A stretch of DNA of 49,523 nucleotides from Myxococcota bacterium (GTDB lineage: Bacteria > Myxococcota_A > Polyangia > Polyangiales > Sandaracinaceae): contig JAYZQJ010000260.1 in NCBI GenBank assembly GCA_036149055.1, positions 1-49,523 on the forward strand, given 5' to 3'. Made by a program: the position numbers and the translations under genes. The notes beneath the pieces were generated by a model. That model was not told the DNA's origin and searched no databases. It worked only from the letters and a program-made list of their open reading frames with translations. Every line of letters starts with the position of its first letter. Within the stretch, counting starts at the first letter, position 1. Below, in pieces: positions 39,667 through 48,299 of the stretch.

Positions 39667-40859
39667 AGGAGCTCTTCGAGGAGGTGCGCGCCGAACAGGA
39701 CCGGCAGCTGTCGGACGATCACGTGCGGCGCGACGTGGCCTCGCGGCTGCGAGACGCGCCCCTGCCCGCCCCGGCTCGGCCCGCCCGCGCGCGGTGGCTC
39801 GAGCTGGCGGCGGCGGCGGCGGTCGCCGGGCTCACGGTCGGCGCCGCGGCCTGGTGGCGGGCCGCGAGCGATCCGCCGGCGCCGCCCGAGCATGCAGCCG
39901 AGCGCACGGTCGAGCGAACGGTCGAGCGCGCCGCCCCCGAGCCCGCGCTCACCTACACCGCCGCGCCCGAGGTCCAGGAAGCCGCCGGCGGCTTCCTCGC
40001 CGCGGCCGACGCGCCCGGAGAGGTGCGCTTCTCCGACGGGAGCGCGCTCACCCTCGCGCCCGAGGCGCAGGCGCGCGTGGTCTCCCTGGACGGCGCGGGC
40101 GCCGCCGTCGCGATCGAGCGCGGCCGGGTCCACGCCGACGTGCGGCACCGGGAGGACACCCGCTGGCGCATGCTCGCCGGGCCCTTCGTCGTGCACGTGG
40201 TGGGGACCCGCCTCGCGGTCGCGTGGAGCGGCGTCGACGCGAGCCTGGTGGTCGAGGTCACCGAGGGCGCCGTCCGGGTCGACGGGGGCTGCCTGCAGGC
40301 GCCTCACCCGGTGGCGGCGGGAGACTCCCTCCGGGTGACCTGCCCCGAGCTCGCGCTCGCGCCCGCCGCCTCGACCGAGCCCCGGGCCGCCCTTCGGCCG
40401 CGGGGTGAGGGGGCGCGCGTCGATACTGCGCCTGACGACACTGCGCCTGACGACACTGCGCCTGACCATGCTGCGGGCGTCGACACCGGCTCGGCGCTGG
40501 CGGAGGCGCGGCGCTCGGCCGCGGCCGGCGAGCTCGAGCGGGCCGCGCGCCTCCTCGCCGCCGTGCGGTCGGAGGCGCCCGGATCGGACGACGCCGCGCT
40601 CGCCGCGTTCCTGCTCGGGCGGCTCGCGTTCGACGAGCAGGACGATCACGAGGCGGCGGCCCGGTGGTTCCGCACCTACCGAAGGGAGCGCCCCGGCGGC
40701 GCGCTCGCCCGGGAGGCCCACGGCCGCCTCATGGAGGCCCTGCAGCGCGCCGGGCACGCCGACGAGGCGCGGGCGCTCGCGGTCGACTACCTGGCGCGCC
40801 ACCCCCAGGGCCCCCACGCGTCCGTCGCCCGGCGGCTCACGGAGGCGCGCGCCCCTTGA
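39663..40859 (+). CDS. FecR-domain anti-sigma factor with C-terminal TPR
   Basis: Single TM; FSDGSALTL, IERGRVHADV, VHVVGTRL, VEVTEGAVRV; C-terminal YRRERPGG..YLARHPQGPH. Confidence 0.88.
   Translation: MKELFEEVRAEQDRQLSDDHVRRDVASRLRDAPLPAPARPARARWLELAAAAAVAGLTVGAAAWWRAASDPPAPPEHAAERTVERTVERAAPEPALTYTAAPEVQEAAGGFLAAADAPGEVRFSDGSALTLAPEAQARVVSLDGAGAAVAIERGRVHADVRHREDTRWRMLAGPFVVHVVGTRLAVAWSGVDASLVVEVTEGAVRVDGGCLQAPHPVAAGDSLRVTCPELALAPAASTEPRAALRPRGEGARVDTAPDDTAPDDTAPDHAAGVDTGSALAEARRSAAAGELERAARLLAAVRSEAPGSDDAALAAFLLGRLAFDEQDDHEAAARWFRTYRRERPGGALAREAHGRLMEALQRAGHADEARALAVDYLARHPQGPHASVARRLTEARAP
40422..40466 (+). repeat. 15-bp VNTR x3 (GA(T/C)ACTGCGCCTGAC) encoding DTAPD in the FecR-TPR linker
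   Basis: Three consecutive copies, one mismatch. Confidence 0.92.
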
Positions 40860-41806
40860 GCCGCTGGAGCGCCATCTGCTGCGTCGCGATGATCGCGCTG
40901 CCGGGGCTCGCCCGGGCGCAGCGGGTCGGCGTGCATGGCCCCGAGGAGCGGAGCCGGCCCCTGCGCGCCGAGCTGCGCGGGCGCGGCTACGAGGCCACCG
41001 GGCTCTCCGATCCGCACGCCCTCGAGGGGCTCGCGGCCACCGTCTGGCTCGAGCCGGAGACCCCGACCGCGCGGGTCTGCGTGTTCGTCGTGCGCCCGCC
41101 TCGCTGCGAGCGCATCGAGGCGGAGAGCTGGACCATCCTCTCGATCCGGGTGGTCGAGTCGGTGCGGGCGCAGCTCGCGGTCGCGGCCCCCGAGGTCGCG
41201 CCGCCGCCCTCGTCGTCCCCGCCATCGCCGCCGCCATCGCCGCCGCCCGCGGTCGAGCCCGAGCCGGACTCCGCGCCGGCCGAGCGCTTCGAGTGGGAGC
41301 TCGGGGTCGCGGGCGCCTGGATCGTGCCGAGCGGCGGCCTGGACGGGGGCGCCTCGCTCGAGCTGTCGGCGCGGTGGATCCCGCGCGACCTCTCCGGCTG
41401 GCTGGTCCTCGAGCTGGGCGGCTGGACGGGGCTCGTGGACCCGGCGGTGACCGGCCCCGAGGGGCGGTCGTCGGTGCGCAGCCACGGGGGCTGGCTGGCG
41501 GCGCAGCTCCGGGCGGACCTCGGGGCCCTGCGGCTCACGGGCGGCGCGGGGGTGGGCCTCGTCGGGGCGCGGGTGGACGCGGAGGCGGGCGACGGCTTCG
41601 ACGCGCGCCCGGCCGAGGCCTGGGGCGCCTACGTGGCCGCCCTCGGGGCCGCGTCGGTCCGGGTCCTGGATCGCCTCGCGCTCGTCCTGTCGGTGCGCGT
41701 GGGAGGCGTGCTCCCGGCCCCCGAGCTCCGCTTCGCGGGCCGGGAGGTGGGCGCGTTCGGCGCCCCCCTCGTCACGCTCGCCCTCGGCGTCGCCGTCGCG
41801 CTCTGA
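40856..41806 (+). CDS. Exported protein with probable C-terminal outer-membrane beta-barrel
   Basis: TTGA overlap with the FecR stop; signal peptide ..LARA/Q; Pro linker; alternating amphipathic strands ending LALGVAVAL. Confidence 0.72.
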   Translation: MSRWSAICCVAMIALPGLARAQRVGVHGPEERSRPLRAELRGRGYEATGLSDPHALEGLAATVWLEPETPTARVCVFVVRPPRCERIEAESWTILSIRVVESVRAQLAVAAPEVAPPPSSSPPSPPPSPPPAVEPEPDSAPAERFEWELGVAGAWIVPSGGLDGGASLELSARWIPRDLSGWLVLELGGWTGLVDPAVTGPEGRSSVRSHGGWLAAQLRADLGALRLTGGAGVGLVGARVDAEAGDGFDARPAEAWGAYVAALGAASVRVLDRLALVLSVRVGGVLPAPELRFAGREVGAFGAPLVTLALGVAVAL

Positions 41807-41809
41807 GTG

Positions 41810-43111
41810 TCAGAACGCGTGGTCGACGGGGAGGCCGCTGGGGACCACCGGGGGCTCGCCGGCGCCGGGGAAGACCTCGACCTCGGTGCGAGACGACAGC
41901 GAGCGCAGGAACTCGGCGAGCAGGAAGACCTCCTCGTCGCTCAGCGGGCGGAGCGGGGCCGCGTCGGGGTCGAGGGTGCGGCGGATCTCGGCGCTGATCG
42001 CCGGGTCGGGCGAGATCCAGTCACCGTCAGGGCCGCGCACCGGGCCGCCGAGCGCGATCTCGGGGTCGAGGTGATGCCGGACGGCGTCCTCGAGCGTGTC
42101 CAGGCTGCCGTTGTGCATGTAGGGCGGCGTCAGCGCGACGTTGCGGAGCGGCGGCGTGCGGAAGGCGAAGCGGTCGGCGGGATCGCCGGTCACCAGGAAG
42201 CGCCCCTCGTCGAGGCCGCCCTCCTTGCCGGGCCCGGAGTGCGGCACGCCGATGTTGTGGAAGGCGTCGTCGCTCAGCAGCGGGCCGGAGTGGCAGCGGT
42301 GGCAGCCCGCGTCGCCGAAGAAGAGGTCCGCGCCCTGCCGCGCCACCGGATCGAGCGCGTGCTCGTCGGGGAAGCGGTGCTCGGTCCCGAGCCACCGATC
42401 GAAGGGCGTGTCGGTCAGCTCCCAGAGATGCATCTCGAAGCGCGCGATCGCCTCCGCGAGGTGCCCGATGTCGTGCGCGCCCTCGGGCACGCGCGGGAAG
42501 GCGTCGGCGAACAGGCGGCGGTACTCGGGGATGGCCATCACCCGGGCCATGATCGCGCTCCAGATCGCGTCCGACTCCGCGTCGTCGAAGGCGGCGAGCT
42601 CGTTGTCGGCGCCGAAGACGTCGCGGTCGCCCGGCTGCCCGCGCATCTCGTCGCGGTCGAGCAGCGGCAGGAGCGCCTGGGCCGCGAGCGGAGACCGGAC
42701 GCTCGCGGGGAGCGGCACCGGGGCGCGCACGCTTCCGTCCGGCATGCGCTCCACCCGGCCGTCCCAGAGCAGGCTGTCGGCGAAGCTCCGGTTGAAGGGC
42801 GCGATGGTGTTGCGCGGCAGCACCGGCCCGCCGGTCCGGGTCTGCCCGAGCCCCTCCGCCCCCTGCCCCCGGCCGAGCGGGAGCTGATCCTGCGCGTGGT
42901 GGAAGGGCATGTGACACGACGCGCAGGCGATGTTCCGGTTGCCCGACAGCTCGCGGTCGAAGAAGAGGAGCCGGCCGAGCTCGACCTCGCGGCGGCCCGC
43001 GTCGGTGCGGCTGGGCGAGAAGACCCCCGCCGCCTCCACCCGCGTCCGCAGGTCCGAGTCCGCGCACCCGAAGAGCGCGAGCGCGCTCAGCACCGCGATG
43101 ATCTGCTTCAT
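41810..43111 (-). CDS. Di-heme cytochrome c peroxidase / MauG-family lipoprotein
   Basis: LALFGC lipobox; LGRLLFFDRELSG..CASCH; RNT, LWDGR; GADLFFGDAGCHRCHSG, FHNIG, FRTPPLRNVALTPPYMHNG. Confidence 0.93.
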   Translation of the reverse strand: MKQIIAVLSALALFGCADSDLRTRVEAAGVFSPSRTDAGRREVELGRLLFFDRELSGNRNIACASCHMPFHHAQDQLPLGRGQGAEGLGQTRTGGPVLPRNTIAPFNRSFADSLLWDGRVERMPDGSVRAPVPLPASVRSPLAAQALLPLLDRDEMRGQPGDRDVFGADNELAAFDDAESDAIWSAIMARVMAIPEYRRLFADAFPRVPEGAHDIGHLAEAIARFEMHLWELTDTPFDRWLGTEHRFPDEHALDPVARQGADLFFGDAGCHRCHSGPLLSDDAFHNIGVPHSGPGKEGGLDEGRFLVTGDPADRFAFRTPPLRNVALTPPYMHNGSLDTLEDAVRHHLDPEIALGGPVRGPDGDWISPDPAISAEIRRTLDPDAAPLRPLSDEEVFLLAEFLRSLSSRTEVEVFPGAGEPPVVPSGLPVDHAF

Positions 43112-43128
43112 CGGCCGGCTCCTCCCTC

Positions 43129-43695
43129 TCAGCCCGCCTCGGTGTAGCGGAGCGCGATGCTCAGCTGCTCGCCGCCGTGGCCGTAGCAGTCGATCAGCGC
43201 GCGCCGCCCGCCCGCGGTCTCCACGATCTCCACCGTGAAGTCCGCCGCCGGCTGACACGTGGAGCCGTTGCAGACGGTGAGGCTCGCGCCCGGGCCGCCG
43301 GGCAGGCCGGGCTCGCCGAAGCCCGCGTCGACCGGGATCGGGCGGCCGATCGGCTCTCCCGGATCGCCCGGGTGCCCCGGCTCGCCGGTGTACGGGTTGT
43401 TGCTCGAGGTCTCGCTGGCCACGCTCAGCGACAGCTGGATGTCCTGACCGACCAGCTGGAACTCCAGCCCCTCGCCGAAGCGATCGCCGAGCGCGCGGAG
43501 CTCGTCCGGCGCGATCACCCGCCCGTCGATCGATCCCTCGACCGACTCGATCTCGACCAGGAGCGGCGCGCTCTCGGACGCGACCGGACCGTCGTCCTTC
43601 GTGGCCTCGCCGATGGCGAGCGGGATGAGCGCCTCGCAGCCGGTCGCCGCGAGCGCCGCCATCAGCGCCATCACTACCAGTGAACTCTTCCTCAT
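43129..43695 (-). CDS. Hypothetical lipoprotein, co-transcribed upstream of the di-heme enzyme
   Basis: GGAGG RBS; ALAATGC lipobox; Gly/Pro-rich insert; 17-bp gap to the peroxidase. Confidence 0.8.
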   Translation of the reverse strand: MRKSSLVVMALMAALAATGCEALIPLAIGEATKDDGPVASESAPLLVEIESVEGSIDGRVIAPDELRALGDRFGEGLEFQLVGQDIQLSLSVASETSSNNPYTGEPGHPGDPGEPIGRPIPVDAGFGEPGLPGGPGASLTVCNGSTCQPAADFTVEIVETAGGRRALIDCYGHGGEQLSIALRYTEAG

Positions 43696-43786
43696 GTGTC
43701 CTCCATGGCCCGATCCCCGGGCCTCTCGAACACGCAGTGCGGCGGGAGCGTCGCGGCGTTGCAGATCCCGGGGCTACGTCTCCCGC

Positions 43787-44104
43787 GTGAAGACCACCCC
43801 CGACGGCCGCTACCTCGTGATCGACGGCGTGCTCTGGCGGCGCACCGACCCGTCGCTCTCCGAGGAAGAGGTGGCGGCGCTGAAGAGCGCGCTCGGGCGG
43901 GCGCGCGCCGCGGTGAAGGCGGCGAAGCGCGCCGGCGACGAGGAGGCGCTCCGGGCCGCGCGGCGCCGCGTGCACGAGGCGAAGGTCGGGCTCGGCGAGC
44001 GAGGGTCCGTGTGGTGGGACGATGGATCCCCCGATCTCACGCGCCGTCACGTCGCGAACACCGTCTACGCCGACTGGTTTCTTCGGAGCGACGACGAATC
44101 GTGA
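43787..44104 (+). CDS. Small conserved hypothetical protein (TPDGRY..W..DP / GLGERG.VWW.DG type)
   Basis: Recognisable widespread motif TPDGRYLVIDGVLWRRTDP..AKVGLGERGSVWWDDGSPD; function unknown. Confidence 0.8.
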   Translation: MKTTPDGRYLVIDGVLWRRTDPSLSEEEVAALKSALGRARAAVKAAKRAGDEEALRAARRRVHEAKVGLGERGSVWWDDGSPDLTRRHVANTVYADWFLRSDDES

Positions 44105-44116
44105 GACGCTCCGCCC

Positions 44117-44632
44117 ATGCGGAGGCGGAGGGCGTCCCGGACCCGGGCGAGGCGGGTGCACGACATGCGCCCCGGGCGCTACGTCGAGGTCGTCGGCGTG
44201 CTCTCGAGCGCGTCCCCGGCGCCGGGCCCGGTCAGCGGCGATCCCCTGGTCGGCTGGGACCTGCTCTGCACCGTCTTCGTGAAGGACGACGTCATCCGTC
44301 TGGACGCGCACCGCTGGGGCGCGGTGATCCTGCGCGACGCGAGCGGCGAGGTCCCGGTGGTGCTCGAGGGCTCCACCAAGAAGGTGCCCGCGCACGCCGA
44401 GGCGACCTACGACGACCCTGGCGAGATCGCGGCGCTCGCGCGGCGCGCCGGGATCACCTTCCCCGAGGGCGCGCGCGAGGTGCAGGCGCTCGAGCGCGGT
44501 GTACCGAGCGGCAAGCCCGCCGCGGTCCAGGGCTACGTCGGTCCGATCGACGCCGACGCCGGCGACCGCGTCTCGGTCGGCCGCGCGCTCCGCGGCGACC
44601 CCCGCAGACCGCTCGTGATCCTGCCGCGCTGA
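44117..44632 (+). CDS. Hypothetical protein, possibly GIDE-like beta domain
   Basis: GRYVEVVGVL, ILRDASGEVPV, LERGVPSGKPAAVQG pattern; good codon bias; family call tentative. Confidence 0.6.
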   Translation: MRRRRASRTRARRVHDMRPGRYVEVVGVLSSASPAPGPVSGDPLVGWDLLCTVFVKDDVIRLDAHRWGAVILRDASGEVPVVLEGSTKKVPAHAEATYDDPGEIAALARRAGITFPEGAREVQALERGVPSGKPAAVQGYVGPIDADAGDRVSVGRALRGDPRRPLVILPR

Positions 44633-44651
44633 CCTGCGATACTCCCGCGCG

Positions 44652-46046
44652 ATGTCACTCGCGGTAGGCCGCTACGAGCTCGAGACCCGCGTCGCCGAAG
44701 GCGCGCTCGGCCCCCTCTGGCGGGCCCGGATGAAGGGCGACGCCGGCTTCTCCCGCCCCGTCGCGGTGCGCTCGCTCCCGTCGGCGCTCGGGGGCGATCG
44801 CCGCTTCGTCGCCGCCTATACCGCCGCCGCGTCTGAGCTGATGGAGCTCGCGTCGCCGCACGTCGAGCAGATCCTCGACCTGGTGGTGGACGACGGCGTG
44901 CACGTGGTCACCGAGTGGCTCGAGGGCCTCTCGGTGCGCGCGTGGATGGACGCCCACGACGGCCCGGTGCCCTGGCAGCTCGCGGTCGAGATCGCCATCG
45001 AGGCGCTCCGCGGCCTCGCGCCCGCGCACGCCGTTCGACTCACGCACGACGGCTTGCGCCCCGAGGCGCTCCGCATCTCGCCCGACGGCTCGGTCAAGCT
45101 CACCCGCTTCGGCGTCGCCGCCGCGCTCGCCGCCTCCGGGGCCGGCCGCCGCGACGTCGAGGCGAAGGGCCTGCGTCACCCCGCGCCCGAGCTGCTCGAG
45201 AGCGGCGGCACCACCCCGGCCACCGATCTCTTCGGCCTCGGCGCCCTCCTCTTCGAGATCCTCGCCGGCCGCCCCCCGCACGACGCCCCGGCCGGCCCCG
45301 CGCGCGACGCCCAGGTCGCCCAGCTCGCCCCCGACCTCGCGGCCCTGCGCGCCGACGTCCCGCCGCTCCTCGTCGCCATCATCGAGCGCGCGCTCAGCGT
45401 CGACCCCGCCGGCCGCCACGCCTCGGCCCGGGCGATGATCGACGCCCTCTCGGCCCTCTCCCGCAGCGAGCCCGAGCTCGCCGGCCCCGACGCCCTCGGC
45501 CTCTCGGTCCGCGAAGCGCTGGAAGCTCGATCCTCCGCCCCGAGCGCCCCCGCTCCGAGCGCCCCCGGTGGCCCGGCCGCGCTCGCCGCCTCCATTCGCG
45601 GCATGGTCGGCGACCCCTCCCCGCCCAAGAAGCCCCGCGGCCTCACCGCGCAGCGCACCATGCACGTCGACGCCGAGGAGCTGAGCGAGCTGATCGGCGA
45701 CACCGACGGCCCGATCGCCGAGGTCCTCGAGTCGCGGCCGCCGCCCGACGTCGAGGAGGACGAGGCGCCCAAGCGCTACCGCTTCGAGAAGAAGGAGCGC
45801 ACCGCGAGCGCCAAGGCGAGCGCCCAGCGCGGCCTGCGCCCGGTGGTCAGCGAGGCCGAGCCCCTGCCCCTCACCAAGCGCTCCCGCCCCCAGGGCCTGG
45901 CCCCGGCCAAGACCGAGTTCCTCGACGAAGCCGAGGTCGACGCGCTCACCGTCACCCCCGACAAGCGCGAGCCCCGCGGCCTCTCCCCCGCCAAGACCGA
46001 GTTCCTCGACGAGGACCAGGTCGACGCCCTCGAGATCGACGACTGA
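44652..46046 (+). CDS. Ser/Thr pseudokinase with repeated C-terminal Thr motifs
   Basis: Kinase fold (GRYEL, VTEWLEG, APE, TDLFGLGALLFEILAG) but VAVR, HDGLRPEA, RFG replace VAIK, HRDxKxxN, DFG. Confidence 0.88.
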   Translation: MSLAVGRYELETRVAEGALGPLWRARMKGDAGFSRPVAVRSLPSALGGDRRFVAAYTAAASELMELASPHVEQILDLVVDDGVHVVTEWLEGLSVRAWMDAHDGPVPWQLAVEIAIEALRGLAPAHAVRLTHDGLRPEALRISPDGSVKLTRFGVAAALAASGAGRRDVEAKGLRHPAPELLESGGTTPATDLFGLGALLFEILAGRPPHDAPAGPARDAQVAQLAPDLAALRADVPPLLVAIIERALSVDPAGRHASARAMIDALSALSRSEPELAGPDALGLSVREALEARSSAPSAPAPSAPGGPAALAASIRGMVGDPSPPKKPRGLTAQRTMHVDAEELSELIGDTDGPIAEVLESRPPPDVEEDEAPKRYRFEKKERTASAKASAQRGLRPVVSEAEPLPLTKRSRPQGLAPAKTEFLDEAEVDALTVTPDKREPRGLSPAKTEFLDEDQVDALEIDD

Positions 46047-46122
46047 AGCTACGGCGCTCGCGCGACGGACCGCGGCCGACCTTGGCCCCGGGCCCGGTCG
46101 CGCTTAGGGGCTCCGGCGAACG

Positions 46123-47664
46123 ATGCCCTCCGCGCCTCGCAGCTCTCCGCGCGTTCGGGACCGTCGCCTCGCGCGGCAGGCGCTGGCCCTCATGGCGCCG
46201 GTCCTGCTGGCCCCCGGCGCGCTCTCGCTGCTCGCGCTGCCGGTGTGCATCGGGGACGGGCCGCGCTGCTGGGTCGCGTTCGGAGCCACCGTCGCGGTGT
46301 CCGCGGCGGCTTACGGCGCGCTCCGCCTCCTGTTCGGCCCCGCGGACGGCCGGGTCGCGGTCCCGACGCGCATGGTCGCGGTGGCGGGCGGGTGGCTCCT
46401 CGTCGCCGTCATCGGGATGCTCCCGTTCCTGATCATCGGTCACGGAGAGGGCGCCAACGCGCAGACCGCGCGCTTCACCGACGTGCAGAGCGTCTTCTTC
46501 GAGAGCATGTCCACGTTCACCAGCACGGGGCTCTCGATGATCTCCAAGCCGAGCGAGCTGCCAGCCTCGCTGCAGCTCTGGCGGAGCCTCGGTCAGTGGG
46601 TGGGCGGCCTCGGCATGACGGTCTTCGTCTACGCGGTGGCGCGCCCCGACGAGGACGCGTTCCAGGTGATGACCGCCGAGCTGTCGGTGGACGAGCTCGA
46701 GCTGGGGCCCGGCGCGGCGATGCGCCGGCTGCTCGCGATCTACGGCGGGCTGACCGCGCTCTCGGTCGGCCTCTTCGCCGCGCTCGGCATGCCGCCGTGG
46801 GAGGCGCTCAACCACGGGCTCACCGGGATCGCCACCGCGGGCATGACCGTCACCGACGACAGCTTCCGGGGCTACGGACCCCCGCTGAAGCTCGCGGCGA
46901 TGCTCGTCATGTTGCTCGGCGGCGTCAGCATGGTGTCTCACCACCTCCTCCTCTTCCGCCGCCGGCTCGGCGCGCTGCTGCGGCGGACCGAGCTCCGCAC
47001 CGTCGCGGCGCTGCTGCTCCTCGGCGGCGCGGTCGCGGTGGGCGCGCACGTCCGCCTTGGCGCGGGCGGCGGCACGCTCGACGCCGCGTTCACCTGGGTC
47101 TCCGCGCTCACCACCTGCGGTTTCAGCGCGGTGGACCTCGCCGCCTACCCGGCGCCGCTGCTGCTGCTGCTCGGGGTCGCGATGGTCGTCGGGGCCGAGA
47201 GCGGCTCCACCTGCGGCGGCATCAAAGCGCGGCGCCTGGCCTGGCTGCTGCGGGGCGTCGTCGGTCGCGTCGGCTGGGAGGCCACGCACCAAGAGCGGCG
47301 GCCGGCGCACCGCTTCGACGGCGAGCGGGTCGAGCCCGAGGAGGCGGCGAGGCAGATGCAGTCGGCGGGCGTCGTGGCCTCGCTCTGGCTGCTGATCATC
47401 CTGGCGGCCGCCCTCGGCGCGCAGCTCCTCGGCGCCGGCGCCGCCCCCTTCGACGACGTGCTCTTCGACTGCGCGTCCGCGCTCGGGGGCGTGGGGCTGA
47501 GCGCGGGCTGGGTCTCGAGCGGAATGCCCGACGCGAGCAAGATCGGCCTCGCGCTGATGATGTGGATGGGCCGCCTCGAGGTGCTCGCGGTCCTGGTCTT
47601 GATCTTCGCGCCCATTCGCCGCCTGCTCGCCCGCCGGCTCACCGTGCCGATCGAAGATCGCTGA
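46123..47664 (+). CDS. trkH: TrkH-family potassium uptake membrane protein
   Basis: FFESMSTFTSTGLS, QWVGGLG, IATAGM, LTTCGF, GSTCGGIK, SALGGVGLS, MWMGRLE; exact start uncertain. Confidence 0.92.
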   Translation: MPSAPRSSPRVRDRRLARQALALMAPVLLAPGALSLLALPVCIGDGPRCWVAFGATVAVSAAAYGALRLLFGPADGRVAVPTRMVAVAGGWLLVAVIGMLPFLIIGHGEGANAQTARFTDVQSVFFESMSTFTSTGLSMISKPSELPASLQLWRSLGQWVGGLGMTVFVYAVARPDEDAFQVMTAELSVDELELGPGAAMRRLLAIYGGLTALSVGLFAALGMPPWEALNHGLTGIATAGMTVTDDSFRGYGPPLKLAAMLVMLLGGVSMVSHHLLLFRRRLGALLRRTELRTVAALLLLGGAVAVGAHVRLGAGGGTLDAAFTWVSALTTCGFSAVDLAAYPAPLLLLLGVAMVVGAESGSTCGGIKARRLAWLLRGVVGRVGWEATHQERRPAHRFDGERVEPEEAARQMQSAGVVASLWLLIILAAALGAQLLGAGAAPFDDVLFDCASALGGVGLSAGWVSSGMPDASKIGLALMMWMGRLEVLAVLVLIFAPIRRLLARRLTVPIEDR

Positions 47665-47745
47665 CGTGCGGTGCAGATCGTCGCGCCGTGGCGGCGCTGC
47701 GGCCGCGTGGACGCCGTGAAGGGCCGTGCTCCCGCCGGGCGTGGG

Positions 47746-47760
47746 GGGCACCGTCCTTGC
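47746..47760 (+). promoter_or_regulatory. Putative sigma54 promoter of the three-gene stress cluster
   Basis: GGGCACC-GTCC-TTGC (GG-N10-GC), followed by AAGGAGA RBS and GTG at 47799. Confidence 0.65.
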
Positions 47761-47798
47761 GTGATCTCCTCGAGAACCCACGCGGAAGGAGAACGCAC

Positions 47799-48299
47799 GT
47801 GGAGACACGACATGGAACCGACAACGGTCGGAGCCGTCACGCGACGGCCCTGAGCCGATCCTCCGAGGCGACCAGCCCGGATCTGACCGAGAAGGCGAAG
47901 CGCGAGGCGAAGAGCCGCGCTCAGGACGCCAAGCAGCAAGTCGCTGCGATGGCGGACATGGGGCGCGACCAGGTCGCTGGCCAGCTCGAGGCCGTGAGCC
48001 GCGCTTTCAAGACGAGCGCCGAGCAGCTGCGCGCCGAGGGCCAGGAGGCCGGCTCCTACGTCGAGGCCATCGGCGATCAGGCGGACCGCGCGGCGCGCTA
48101 CCTGCGCGACCGCGACGCCGCCGCCCTCACCGAGGACGTCTCGCGAACCGCCCGCGCCAACCCCGCGCTCTTCCTCGGCGGCTGCGCGCTCGTCGGCTTC
48201 GCGATCGGGCGCTTCCTCAACGCCACGCCGCCGCGCCGCGAGCCCGAGCTCCCCGCGCGGGTCACCGACCCCGCGTGGACCGGACCGGAGGAGTACTGA
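47799..48299 (+). CDS. LEA/DUF883-like tail-anchored helical protein
   Basis: AAGGAG RBS + GTG; Ala/Lys/Gln-rich helices; ARANPALFLGGCALVGFAIGRFL anchor. Confidence 0.82.
   Translation: METRHGTDNGRSRHATALSRSSEATSPDLTEKAKREAKSRAQDAKQQVAAMADMGRDQVAGQLEAVSRAFKTSAEQLRAEGQEAGSYVEAIGDQADRAARYLRDRDAAALTEDVSRTARANPALFLGGCALVGFAIGRFLNATPPRREPELPARVTDPAWTGPEEY

Noticed and set aside
46047..46122. Riboswitch upstream of trkH
   Set aside because: Only 76 bp with a generic GC hairpin; no recognisable aptamer consensus.
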